Below, one piece after another: positions 1 to 12,278 of a DNA stretch of 64,000 bases. Position 1 is the stretch's first letter. Every line of letters starts with the position of its first letter. Position numbers and translations under genes: made by a program. Under the pieces are notes generated by a model. It saw only the letters and a list, made by a program, of their open reading frames with translations, was not told the DNA's origin and searched no databases. The DNA lies in contig OZ234493.1 in NCBI GenBank assembly GCA_965153455.1, positions 11,894,213 to 11,958,212 on the forward strand, in the 5' to 3' direction. This stretch comes from Sphagnum compactum. Taxonomy: Eukaryota.

Positions 1-319
1 AATTCCTCCTCTTCTTCTTCTTTTGTGCTTTAACTTCTTTGTTGCTCTAGTTCCATCTCTATCGGCTCTCTGCACAAATGATCGAAAGAACAAACGGTCG
101 TTGAAGAAGCGAATTTTTTTTTAAAAAAAAAATTCTTATCTTCTGCATGCCATCGTTACAAAGCTCGCGGACACGGATTGATCTATAACAGCGCGTACGC
201 AGATTGTTCTACAGCGCCGCGGACATAGATTGTTTTACAGCACCGCCAACGCGAATTGCTTTGCAACACCACGGACGCAGATCACTTTGCAACTTCGTCA
301 CAGTCGCCATCCCTTCCAT

Positions 320-720
320 TTTGGTCCGGTCCGGTCCATTCCGTTCGACATTTGTCGCCATTTCATCCAACGCCCGTCCCAGTTCCGTCCGACGTGTATC
401 GTCGTTTCGTCTGACATCCATCCCGATTCTGTTCGACATTTGTCACCATTCTGTCTGATGTCCCTCCTAGTTCCATCCGACGTTCGTCCCAGTTTCGTCC
501 GACGTCCGTCCAATTCTGTCCAACGTTCGTCACAGTTTTGTCAACGTCCATCCGTTCAATTCTGTCTGTTTGACCCCTTTCATCCACCGATGTCCATCCA
601 TAGACGTCCGTTCGTCCAGTTATATCTATCTGGCCCTTTCCATCCACCAACGTCCGTCCAGAAATGTCCGTCCACTAACGTTCGTCCGTCACCGTTCATC
701 CTTGTCGACACACCATATTC
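320..720. repeat. CpG-rich degenerate (CGTC/CCGTT/CATC)-type low-complexity repeat upstream of the Gypsy gag
   Basis: Dense recurrence of cgtccgtc, ccgttcg, tcatcca and gacgtccg words. The overlapping ORFs on both strands are repeat artefacts. Confidence 0.6.
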
Positions 721-1321
721 TTCCAATCGTATGTACTACGTACATACGTATCCGATACCGTATTCTTCAAACCGTATGTTGTGTTAGAATTTTGTAGCTA
801 GTGCTTTGTATTGCTACAAAATTTTGGGGCATGTCTGCCCCTTTACTTGCCATGGTATGAAATTGACCTTCCTAATGACCACCTGTACTTGTATATTCTG
901 ATGTGTTTTGAGCTTATAATCTTCAGGTTGCAGATACTAATTTAGAGGTGAAGATGGTGAAATTGCGAATTCCTGACCCAGGAATGGATCAGAGCAGCAT
1001 AACATCATGTGGGCAAGACAGTTGGCAAGTACTGCACCCACTCAGCCAGAACCAAGGTATCAATTACAAAATAACACACAATCATTTGAGTCGATTTCTT
1101 TGAACTCGCGATCTTCACGACAATACCATCAAGCGTTTATAGCACCACCATCATTTAGTACAAGTCCTACTAGGAATTCAGGTTCAAGTTACACTACGTC
1201 AACGATACATCAAAGTCCATTTGGAGGGTTTAATCAGTGGGGTACGCCTACTGCCGCACCAACTCTCACACCATCACTGTATATTCCGCTCCAAATCGTT
1301 ACCTCTACACCCATATACACC

Positions 1322-2440
1322 ATGGAGGTCAGTAGTTCCTCTGGGAGAATTGAGAGTTTAGCGGAAGGCCAAGTACCATTTCTTTGAGGGAGTTCAAGGC
1401 AACTTTCTAAACTGTGGTTTGTGAATTGGAGCTCAAGTATGGCGTTAATTACACCGAGGCGTTCGCATTCAAACAACTGGCCCGTTATGTGCACTATGAG
1501 GATTGGATGTCTACGAGCAACATTTTTCGAGGATTTTTGGCGTCACCCAAATCCCCAATTCAACTTATGCCACAGCCATCACCACCCCCTCTCAAGCTGC
1601 ACTACAAGCTGCCATTGCACATCATGGGACTATGCCCAATAATCCAGATCCAGTACCTACTTCAGTAAACCTTCCTCCTCAATAACTCATTGATGCTACC
1701 GCAAACATTCCTCCCGCCATCAATGCACCAGCTTTTACTGATCGAGTGGGGGAATCCTTTCGAATTTTTGAGCTGGAATTTTTTGTTAAAAGTTTTGAAA
1801 AAATTCTGCAGCTCGCCACCATCTCTCGGCAAAAGGATGAAACCCTCAAGATGTTCTACAGGAGGCTTCTCAAGCTCAAAGAGAATATTCAGAGCATCAC
1901 AGACCTAGAAGCTACCCATCGGTATCTTCGTTCATTGGAAGGTACTCCGACACTCCATGCGCAAGTTTTGCAACGAATTTTTTTTAGAATTTGGAAACTC
2001 ATACACTTTGTTGGATGTGTACAACATTTCTGAAAAGCTAGAACTAGTTCATGCACATTATGAAGCTAGTACTATGAGGCTTCCATCACATTCAAGGCCT
2101 CAGCCTCCACTAGATCATCGCATTCTTCTTTAAGGGCTAAAGCGGTGCACTCGGTTACACCCATCTTACCTTCTTGCAACTACTATGGCAATCTTGCCCA
2201 CAAAGCTAGTGAGTGCAACATTCCTTCCGAGGATCTCTTTTATGATTATTGTGGGAAAGAGGGACATTAAGAAGCTGTTTGTTTTGCCAAGTTCCCGGAA
2301 CGAAAACAACTCCGATTACCATGGCAAAATCTACCACCCTCTTTCGCTACCCCTCAACCAAAAGCCAAGGCACTTCAGCCTTCCACTCAGGCTTTCCCCA
2401 CCAAGGGTAATTCTAGTAAAAATGCTAAGAAGAAATAACA
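1322..2440 (+). pseudogene. gag remnant with two degenerate zinc knuckles
   Basis: Fragments include 'RQKDETLKMFYRRLLKL' (resembles the retrotransposon gag Q..E....Y..R motif) and CNYYGNLAHKASEC / YDYCGKEGH*EAVC (CX2CX4HX4C with C>Y changes). Confidence 0.75.
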
Positions 2441-2939
2441 CAATGCTGACAAGAGGGAGGTGCTTCAAGCCCATGCCATTCAAGTTCAAACTCTACAAAA
2501 TGAACTCGAATCATTTAGGGCCCAACTTGTGAATCTAAAAGGCAAGTCTTTCCAACCAACTAGTCATGCTCAACCTGTACAGGGTTCAGGATCACGGGAG
2601 GGACCTCCTAGGTCGTTCTATGGCCTCTCACACAATGCCATGGTTGGGGAGTACATTCTTTCCAATGCACACAATTCTAGTCTCACACCAGAATTTGTCA
2701 CTTTTTTTTACCCTTCCTATTTCGTGGCACAAGAGGCTAGTGTGGCACCCAAAGTTTCTGCCACTAGGCAGGTAATTCAGACTAATGGACTCACATCTGG
2801 TTCAAGTCCTATTACCAGGGTTAGAAGAGCTCGAGCAGTCATGCCACAATCTTTTCGTCCTCTTAACACGGAAGAAGAATGCAACTTGTTGGCGAGGGGG
2901 GAGGAGACTACTACACCACAAGTTGCTAGGGCATCAAAT

Positions 2940-3460
2940 TTTAGTGGATTTTCGAAGGTGGTGCCTAGTGAGAGAACTTCCATTGCCACCGGAGTCGCCA
3001 TTGTCGACAATACTAAGTCAGCAATCTACGTGGGAGGACATACACCCAAAATGGTACTTTTTGATACAGGTGCCCAACCAATGATTCTTGGAGTTCAATT
3101 TGCCAAGGAGATGGGGATGGTCGACTCCAAAGTATGGAAATCTATGTGGCAAATTCGCACTGCTAGTGGGAACATAGAGGAGGTACTTAGGGAGAGCTCG
3201 GATTTGATTACACTTAATTTCAATGAAGGTATAGATCAAGAGCTTTGCCTACGGGTCAGATGTTTACTCACCAATGCCACTAGTTATGATGTGCTCATTG
3301 GGCAAAAGGCCATGTTTTCACCAGGTTTCACAATTGACAACTGGTTCGAGCATGCGTATTACCGAGTGGATTGGGAGACTGATGGCCACCACCTAGGATA
3401 CATACCCCTTGATTTTTATGGGAACCATAATCCTATGGCTCACCATTGTATGTTCAAGGA
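2940..3460 (+). pseudogene. Retropepsin-like aspartic protease domain
   Basis: MVLFDTGAQPMILG, IRTASG and YDVLIG within ORF 2460-3683. Confidence 0.85.
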
Positions 3461-3699
3461 AGCACACACCATTTCCTATATCCAACAAGCTAACCAAGAG
3501 TGGATAGAAGGAGATGAAGAGGAAACAACTTACGTCCAAGCTACTAAAAGCTTGAGGGTGGTTCCTACTAACATTCAACACGGACCAGAAGTTTACAGAT
3601 GTTCAAAACAGCCCATGAGCCCTTGGTCAAAGCTCTATCTAGTTTTTAGAACATGGAAAGCTATGGCAAACCGATCAAGCTAGTACTTCGTCAGCTAAT

Positions 3700-4580
3700 C
3701 ACCTGGACACCGCCTAAGGAGGGGATTACATTACTAGAGCTCTTTGGTGGTATTGGTATAGGTCTCGAAGCCCTACTACAGTTAAGGATGGTGGTTTAGA
3801 GATATTGTTACGTAGACATTGATCCTATTGCAAGGCAAGTGGCGGCATCGAGAATGATGGAGCTCACAACCAGATTTCCACAATAGTTTGCAACCACTGC
3901 ATGGAAGGCTAGTTTCACTTTCTTGCCCTCTGACATACAATTAATTCAAAAGAAGCATATGGAATTACTTGGCCCCATGGACCTCATCATTTCAAGTTGG
4001 GAGTGTCAAGGATTTTAGCGGTTGGATTTGGAAAAGACTTATATGACTTTAGATCCGGTCTCTTCACGGACATGGTACGTGTAGTTCCAGGAGCACTACA
4101 CGCTAGTCCAACATTACCTTGGAGAGCCACTCCTACTCAATGCGGCATAATGCGGTTCCTATGCGCACCTGCTGCGCAACTGGTGGACCAACCTTGCACC
4201 ACTCTTAGTTCTACAGTTGGCTCTGAGATACACCATCAGAGACCCCAACCTGTAGGTTTCTCACATATTAGATGATTAGAGCTCCTGCCAACTAGTTACC
4301 AAGCAAGAGAAACCTCTTTGGTTTCTTGCAAACACAATAGGAAAACAAATAGGTGTTTGGCCCACCTTTGTCTCCTTCCCAAGAACACACACCTTTCAGG
4401 GAGATGGACCAAACCTGGTGTATCGTCATGCTTCAGCCACTTGGGATGAACCAAGCCCAAAAGAAAGAGAAACGGCTATGGGGTTCCAAACTCACACTAC
4501 TAGTCACACCCTGGTGACTAGATTGGAACATAATGTTCTACTGGGGAGAAGCATGGACCTGAATTCCCTTACATGGTTGT
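3700..4580 (+). pseudogene. DNMT3-like C5-cytosine DNA methyltransferase domain embedded in the retrotransposon pol
   Basis: Frame +2: LLELFGGIG (motif I, 3731-3757), YVDIDPIAR (II), SDIQ (III), MDLIISSWECQGF (IV, 3977-4015). Frame +1: GKDLYDFRSGLFTDMVR (V). Frame +2: EPLLLNAA*CGSYAHLLRNWWTNL (VII-VIII), ERETAMGF (IX, 4463-4486), LLGRSMD (X, 4538-4558). Motif VI (ENV) is not seen and was probably deleted near 4080. Confidence 0.88.
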
Positions 4581-4899
4581 TGGTAACCTGTATACTCTTT
4601 CAAATGTACACAACACTAGCATTGATTCAATCAGCTTGCAGTTCTGGCAATGCGACTACATGGCACCCCGACCAAGTACAATTGCCTATTTTCAACACTA
4701 CACTTCACTCTTAGTGATGGGGGGGAGGAGGTACCATGTAATTTGACTCAAGTTGTTTCTGATACACCTAGAGGTACATCAGCTTCTGGAGAAACAATTA
4801 CAACCTTCTACAAATCTGCGTAGTTAGATAGTGGAGAGCCCAATACACCAGGTTCTTCAAACACACTTTCCAACTCCATTCCATGTGTTTCCAACTACC

Positions 4900-6280
4900 C
4901 TTTCGTTATGGGGAACCAGCTCACCAAGAAGGAAAGAAACCAAGTCACAAACTTGCTAATTAAGTATAAGAATGTGTTTGCATTCTCAATGAAAGACTTA
5001 GGTAGGTGTAAGACCATGTAGTTTTTAATAGACTTTACAGATAAGACACCCATCTATCGGAAGAGGCATAGGTTAAGCAAGCATGAATGGGAACTGGTAG
5101 ATGAAAGATGCAAAGAGCTCCATGAGGCTGGTCTCATTCAGCCATCAAGTTCTAATTTCGCAGCCGTTATAATAATGCCAGCAAAGAAGGATTCAGCTGG
5201 ATTATGGACTGAGAAAAGGATGTGCGGGGATTATAGACCTTTGAACCTGGTTACACCTCAGGACAGGTACTCTATGCCCATCCTTGAAGAACTGTTTGAT
5301 AACATTAGAGACTTAAACATCTTCACAATTGTGGATTTGAGGCAAGGCTTCAACCAGATTGTGTTTGCTGTGAAGGATCGCAAGAAAACGGCATTCCGTG
5401 GAAGCAACAAGTTGTGGGAATGGCTTATGATGCCTTTTGGATTGAAAAATGCACCTGCCTTCTTTCAACAAATCATGGACCAGGTCCTTGAAGGGGCAGA
5501 TTTCCTGAAATGCTACATAGATGATGTCCTAATGCATAACAAGGGACTCTTGCAGCGCTTAGCTCATCTTGAAAAGTTATTCAAGAGGCTCCACGTAGTC
5601 AATATGAAGATCCATCCTAAAAAGTGTGAGTTTGTTATCACCTCAGTAGTCTACTTTGGTATTATGGCTCATTGGGCCAAAATAATAGCCATTTTGGAGA
5701 TGCCCAATCCTATTGATGTTCACACTTTTGAGGAGTTTCATCAGACTATGTGATTACTATAGGATTTATGTCCAAGACTTCAGTACTATTGCTCATCCTC
5801 TCTATGCATTATTAAATAAGTATGTTGCTTGGACATGGAGTGAAGAAGCTCAGGAAGCTTTCAACACATTCAAGGAAAAGCTTTCAGAGTTCCCCATTCT
5901 GAGAAGACCTGATTTCAGCAAGGTTTTCATTCTACACACTTATTAGAGTGTTCTTGGTATTGGTGTTATTCTTGGCCAACTTGATGAGAAATGCAAGGAA
6001 TATGTTATCGCCTATGCATCCTGAAGCAACAACAAGGCTGAGAGCAACTACTCTTCATACAAGGTTGAGTGTCTTGTTGTATGGGTCGTCATACATTTCA
6101 GGCCCTATCTTTATGGCACCAAATTCACTTTGTATACCGACCACTAACCTATCAAATGGTTGACAACCAACGACAAACGTACTGGTAAGTTAGCTCGTTG
6201 GGCGCTTATACTTCAGGAGTATGAGTTCAAGGTTATTCACCGACCTGATATTACACATCAGAACGCGAATACCATGTCGC
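4900..6280 (+). pseudogene. Reverse transcriptase and RNase H of the Gypsy element
   Basis: ORFs 5175-5753 and 5713-5946 plus frame +1 continuation. Canonical Gypsy RT motifs; LRRPDFSKVFILHT, YVIAYAS, GKLARWALILQEYEF. Confidence 0.95.
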
Positions 6281-6411
6281 AGAGACCCCTCACTACCTCT
6301 GAAGATTTCTCAGAAGCCAAGCAAGACTTTGACTAGACTCCAGTAGTACATGTATCTTATGCATTTAGTTATCTTGCACTACTGTAATGTAACCTGGTTG
6401 AGCATCCCATT

Positions 6412-6838
6412 GTGGATATATGGGAGGACTTGGACACTCTGAGATTTCTTCAACATGGGGAATACCCTCCCCAAGTTACATTAAGTCATCGGGATTGCAT
6501 ACAACAACAGTCCAAACGCTACTCATGGAGGGACAATCACCTTGTCCGATGCTTACCACAAGGCGACAAAGTGGTTCCTCCACCACATGAACGGCCTGGT
6601 CTTATTCAGAAGGTACACTTGGAGCTTGGACACTTTGGAGTTAAGCATATTTATAGCCTTCTCGCTCCTCATTACCATTGGAGAGGTATGTATGTTCAAG
6701 TCCGAGACATCATTGCTAGGTGTGAACAATGTGATAGAGTGAAAACTTCCTTCTCCTTTTGACAACTCACGCTTTCTCCACTCCCTATTCAGGGCATGTT
6801 CTATCGTTGGTCATGTGATTTAGTTGGAGAGTTACTAG
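6412..6838 (+). pseudogene. Integrase N-terminal zinc finger and start of the catalytic core (truncated)
   Basis: VHLELGHFG...CEQCDR (HHCC), then LSPLPIQGMFYRWSCDLVGEL (first catalytic Asp). The sequence switches abruptly to AT-rich unrelated DNA at ~6838. Confidence 0.9.
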
Positions 6839-6899
6839 ACCCAAAAATCAAAACAATATTAAAAATATAAAAACTACTTGGTTTTCATTCAAATGTTCA

Positions 6900-7850
6900 A
6901 TTCCTTGGCTAAATTCCAATTTCAACACAAGCCTTATTCCATTCTTGTTTTCCCTTCCCAGATTTCTTAAGCTAAGTGATGCACTTTTGCAAATCTACTT
7001 GAACAAACATAATGGAAACATTTTTCAAACTTTTGAAAACCTTTTCCTTTATTATGCCATATTAATGTGCCTTTGAAAAAGCGTGCCCAAAACAAGTTCC
7101 TTGGAAACTTTCTTCCAACCCAAAATATTCACAGCTTACAATAAATTTCAATGTAATAATCATGGTATTGAGATTAAAACCTTCATTATTGACATAGGCA
7201 ATGATTTTTTTCCTTACATCATACTTATCCAACAAATTTGTCAAATTTTTAGCCAATGTTTATCTTATAATTTTTGTGGCCTCAAACAAGCCAATAGTTT
7301 TGGTTGCTAATCATTCCCCAAAAAAATAATGACTAATGCAAACACATCATAAGCTTTTTGGGACATCTAAAGATCAAAACTAACGATTGCATAATGACAT
7401 TCTACCAATGTAAGAAAAACATACAAATGACTCATTTTCTCCAATAGCCTTAGTAATATTTCTTATGTAATTTTTTTTTGGAAAGGAAATTTAATTTTGA
7501 ACATAATTTCAGAACCAAACGTTTCAGCCAAGTATTTTCCATAAAATAAATTAGTAAATTATTTTTGATAATCAAAAGACCAAAGTTCTTAAGGAATTAT
7601 TTCTATGGCGCATCCTCTTTTTGGAAAGAATCGTTCACAACAAATTTTTTTTTGAAATTGACCTTCCTTAAATTTATATTTTTTTTGCAAGTTGTCTTTC
7701 CTCTATTTGCTTCAATGAATTATTCATTTCTTCAAAAAAATTTGCAATAATAGTATGATATATATTCACATGTTTTTTAAAAGAAGTTATTCCATTTCTT
7801 TTGCAATAAAAAATTAATCTTTTCTTACTTGTGCTTTTGGATTACAATTA
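6900..7850 (-). mobile_element. hAT-family transposase remnant (DDE core)
   Basis: Minus strand reads ENTWLKRLVLKLC, VSFDL*MSQKAYDVFALVI (first D), IIAYVNNEGFNLNTM (second-D region) and FQGTCFGHAFSK (CxxH). Boundaries approximate. Confidence 0.72.
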
Positions 7851-8459
7851 TTGTATTTTTATGACAAAATATACAATGCATGATTTGTGCATTTTCAAGA
7901 TCAATTTCCCTATTGTCATTTACACAATATTAGCCCCAACATAAAGACATTCTTCTATGAAGTTTTTAAATTTTCTTTGAACATGCAGCTTTTTTAAGGT
8001 TCATGTTTTCATTAATTCTTCACTTTCCATTTTTTCATTTTTGCTTACTTTAGTTTACACACTAAGATTCTCTTCAAATTTGTTTTCCATAATTACATCA
8101 TTCATGCATATTTCAATTGTCTCATCATTAAGGCTTATTCTATTTTCATCTTTAGAAGATCGATCCATCAACAATTTTCAAAAAAATATGTCCAAAACTA
8201 ATAGAAAAAACAAATACTCTATACCAAAAAACTCATTTTTTACAATGAACAAATGAGAAAATGTACAAACAAAGTAAGACATTTCCAAACAAAGCAGGTA
8301 AAGGTTTAAGAAACGGGGCTTAGGGTTTTAAATTAGTATTGAGGTTTAGAAATGGGGTTCAAGGTTTAGAAAATTAATCAAAAATCACTTCTCTTTGTTT
8401 CTCATCATGATTATAAAAAAAAAACGTATTAAGGGAGGGTAATTGTTTAATTTAAAATA

Positions 8460-9220
8460 TTTTTTAAAATATTAAAATCTTGCAAACAAACAAAAATAAA
8501 GAAAACATTAGAAATAAACAAAGAAAAGAAACTAGAACGAAAAAACTAGATAATAAACAATAAACATACAAAAATAAACGAAAATAAAATAAAACAAAAA
8601 CGAAAAAAAGAAAGGAAAGGAAAAGAAAGATTTCTCTTCTCATAACATAAGAGGAAAAAAACACAAAACAACTCATTTCAAAATTTAAACAAAAAAAAAG
8701 AAAAAAGAAAAAAAACATATCAAAAAATATTGATGTTCCAAGCTCCTTAACCTATAAAAATGAAATAAAAAGGGAAACACCAATTGACACAAGGCAAGCA
8801 ATGAGTAGTGAAGCAACAAGGGGGAGGGAGTGACAACATGTAACTTAGAAAAAGTGCGAAGCAACATGACAAGGTGCGAAGGAACAAACAAATAGCAAGG
8901 CAAAATGCAAAGGAAGGAGCAAGCAACATCAAGGGGAAGTGCGAGAGAAGGAACATGCAAGCAATAGGGCGAAACACAAAAGAGAGAGTGCAAAGCAACA
9001 AGACGAAATAAGAAAAAATAGGCATGAAGCAGAGGGGGGGGAAAGAAAGAGAGAAAAGAAGGAAGGAAGGGGAAAAAAGAAAAAAAAGAGAGAAAGGAAT
9101 TAAAGGAAAAAAAAACCTTAAGAGAAAGAAAAAGAGGGAGAGAAAATAACATGAAAAAAACAAAAATGAACACAAGATGTCAAAAATTGAAAGCTTGCAA
9201 CACAAAGAAGAAACCAACAC
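8460..9220. repeat. Purine-rich (A/G) low-complexity tract
   Basis: Poly-A/AG runs and short gcaa repeats. The F/L/S-rich minus-strand ORFs are compositional artefacts. Confidence 0.7.
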
Positions 9221-10726
9221 AAGAAGATTTTATGCGTTTTTGGAACCTTTTGTAACTATTAAACACTCAGTTATCATGTGTGACTGGAGTTGAATACAGC
9301 ATTGAAAGTCCAGATTACCATCACCAGATCAACTTGGCCTCACTTACAAGAGCAGAAGTAAGAAGTTCGTGTTCATTGAGTTGTGAATCACTCACTTCAA
9401 ATTCAGCCTTCAAGTCCATGAACAAGATGGAACGAAAAATATTGTTTTGCATTGACAGTTTCAGTGAGCATGTGTGCAACCTTTTGCCTTGTGGGACTTT
9501 GATTGTCATTCATGCCACCAGCATTTATACCTAGATGTCATTACATGTAGAGAGAAGAGAGGCATTGCTTTTACTTGGAAGATTGCAAATCCTTTTGCGG
9601 AATTCAAAAACGCTGTCATCAAAGTTTTTCAGACTATATTGTGAGCATGCTTTCAGGCTTTCAGTGCAAAATATTTCACAAACACATTCTCATCCCTTTG
9701 AAGTCATTTATTTTGTAATTGAGTTCATGAGAAAAATCATTGAATGCCATAGTTTAACATTCAAAATCTGCACCCTCAAGAAATCGTCTCAGCATCATGG
9801 AATCCCGAAAGAAGCCATGGATACTGACCTGTAAACTCTTGGAAATTGATCTCCGATAAACCTTTGGGTCTTGCATTTTGATGCAGATATAACCAATCTG
9901 CAGAACTCACAGGTTACACTCAATAAAAAATCCAAGCTTTTCCTACTTGTAGACTCACAATAAGCACCATAACAGATGCACAACGGTGCTCAAATCCCCA
10001 GTCATCATCAACAGGCAGGCCTGAATTTGCCTGGGTAGTGCATTCAGCTCAGGAATTCAAACTAATCTGCAAGTGCGGTAGCTGTTTACAAAAGTTAACA
10101 AACCTTGCCTGAATTATTGACACACAACATGGATTGTTGGTAAAGCTTCTTCCCTGGCAGAGATGGTTTTCAGCAAAAAATTGCCTTAACGTGCAGGAAT
10201 AGATGCACCCAACAAGCATCCTTTTCGCTGATTTGCTATGATTTCAATTGGGGACCCTGAGTATTCACAATTCCATGTAGCTTTTGACATTGCTGGTAGC
10301 CTGATTCGAACGTCTCAGATGTAGGCACCCAAAGGAAAGAGAGCCCATGGAACAAAAACTTGCTCCTGTTGTTCCATTTTGTTGCATCATCAGAAGCCTT
10401 AAGCTGGATGGACACCTTATTACCACAGGCATTCACATGATCTTCCATCTGGATAACATTATTGTACTCAAGGACAGAGCTCAAAATGCAGCCTGAACAA
10501 ACAAATGGGTGAGACATTATCACCGATGACAAAAGGGAAATGCTCCTGCTTTACTAGCCAGTCTGGTACCAAACTCTCCACTATTGATACATTTGATCTA
10601 TGAATCATGCAGCCAAGTAGTCATATGTGCAAACAATCCACAATTGGCACAAAAGCCGAGGCTCTGGTCAGCCAAAATTATGAACAAGGGAGGAGGATGA
10701 ATCAGCCAAAGCCTGATTAACTATAA

Positions 10727-12278
10727 CTACCAAGAATGAGAGGCACGTTGCATATCTCTCAAGAGAAGGGTATAGAGAAGCTCGTTCCAAGTGTCAGGAA
10801 CCCCAGGGAGGCACCAATGGCTGCAATCCATGGCACGGAAAGTGGAAAAATTGAAAATATGTGCATCCCGTCGGTAAGCTGACAACCTTGTGATGTCAAG
10901 GAGTGTTGCTTTTACTTGCAATGATCCCCAGAGTTGCTCAAGAACTTGTGCTTGTGATGACAGCCGGATATGCGATTCATTGAAAATTGGAGCCGTCTGA
11001 ATAGGACATTCGGTTTTGTGCTTCTTGGGTTCCTCCCAGTCATTCAAATGTCCCCATGAATGGGGTTCATAATTGCGGAAAAAAACATGGGTTTTGTTCG
11101 TGTCAATGTACTGTTTGACCCAGTCCGCCCATGTTGCAACAGCAATTCGGTATGCTGACTCCATGTCCATGCCAAGGCGGAGAGATGAACCCACCTGAAA
11201 GTAGCGCCCACTGTCCCCACCCCACCTCTTGTCATTTCCACTACAGACTGTCAGCGCACCTTCAATCATCTGAAATTGGTAAGAGCAAAACACCCTCAGA
11301 ATCTTTTTCTTCTAAGACCAAATGTTGAGACCAAATTTAAATGAGAAATGCACAGGGTGAAGTGTGAAACGCACAATCGATAGGTCTTGGCGGCGGTCCA
11401 CCAGTGACCAGAGTTGAAGACTAGGACATTTGCAGTCTGCCACTGAGAGCTGGCTGACTCCAAGGTATCCAGCTTCAGGGTGGCCTTGACCCTCTTAGGT
11501 GCATGCTTTGGAGGCTGCCCAATATGCACGAGCCATCGAGATCGGTAATACTCAATTGTCACATTGAACCCTGGGAACAAGACAGCAAGGTGTGGTGTTG
11601 TCTTTGTAATGGTTTTTCCATGAATCTCTTTCACTGACCATTTGTCATGGACTCCAGTCATTAGCAGGCAAACAAGTGACTCCCACTGTGTTCGACCCAT
11701 GGAGTCTCCTACAAAAGCCACTCGTTGGTCCCTTAACCTCATGAGCATACTCATTGCATCAAACCTGAATGTGTGAATCAAAAGACAGCAGGTAAATCCA
11801 TGTTCTATGTTGTGAAAAAAAAAAGCAAATGATCCACACATGCATGCACAGAAAAGAGACAGACAGACAGACACAGACACAGAGTGTGTGTGTGAATGCA
11901 AAAGAGAAGAGAAGCTAACCTTGGAATATTGCAATCAAAGGGCTGCCATCGCCAGTTCCGGTATGTAAGATTCTGTCGTCCATTGTTGGGGCACTGAAAT
12001 CCTTGCTCGATGAATGGGCACTCAGTATACAGTGGATAAGACTCATCAAATACCCAGCTGCCATTGAAAAGGTTGCATTCCAAGGGCACAATGGAGGGTC
12101 TGATGAAGGAAGGAAGAAAATTAGCCTCCAAGGCAGCAAGAGAAGGCCCAAGGTAAATGCTGTCAAGGATGAAGAGAGATGCAATGAAAAAGAGCGTGAA
12201 AATCGAAAGGATTATGGAGATTGGACTACAGAGGAGGCTGGAGTGGCGGACTCCTCCTTCAGAACTCCACAGTGACAT
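10727..12278 (-). CDS. TBL: TRICHOME BIREFRINGENCE-LIKE (PMR5N + PC-esterase) polysaccharide O-acetyltransferase; exons 12278-11920, 11764-11375, 11210-10727
   Basis: N-terminal TM segment, CNLFNGSWV...CPFI...WRWQP, FVGDS, NSGHWW, DCSHWCLPGVPDTWN (DxxH). GT-AG introns keep the frame. Confidence 0.93.

Larger units (their letters stand above)
1007..6838 (+). mobile_element. Degenerate Ty3/Gypsy LTR retrotransposon internal region, gag-PR-DNMT-RT-RH-INT, 3'-truncated
   Basis: Two CCHC knuckles (2175-2282), protease DTG (3063-3071), C5-MTase motifs (3734-4552), RT with CGDYRPLN/DLRQGFNQ/MPFGLKNAP/YIDD (YIDD at 5514-5525), RNase H (IAYAS*S, TDH*P, RWALILQEY) and integrase HHCC. RT-RH-INT order indicates Gypsy. 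Many stops and frameshifts; no LTRs recognised. Confidence 0.93.

Noticed and set aside
204-797. Several overlapping ORFs of 70-185 aa on both strands
   Set aside because: They arise from a stop-poor low-complexity repeat and contain no domain motifs.
851-866. tggtatga as a possible tRNA-Met primer-binding site
   Set aside because: Only a short partial match to TGGTATCAGAGC, and no recognisable LTR end beside it.
8464-9220. Hydrophobic F/L-rich minus-strand ORFs
   Set aside because: Translation of a poly-purine tract, not membrane proteins.
9280-10600. Short ORFs downstream of TBL
   Set aside because: No recognisable motifs or consistent exon chain; possibly UTR or decayed sequence.
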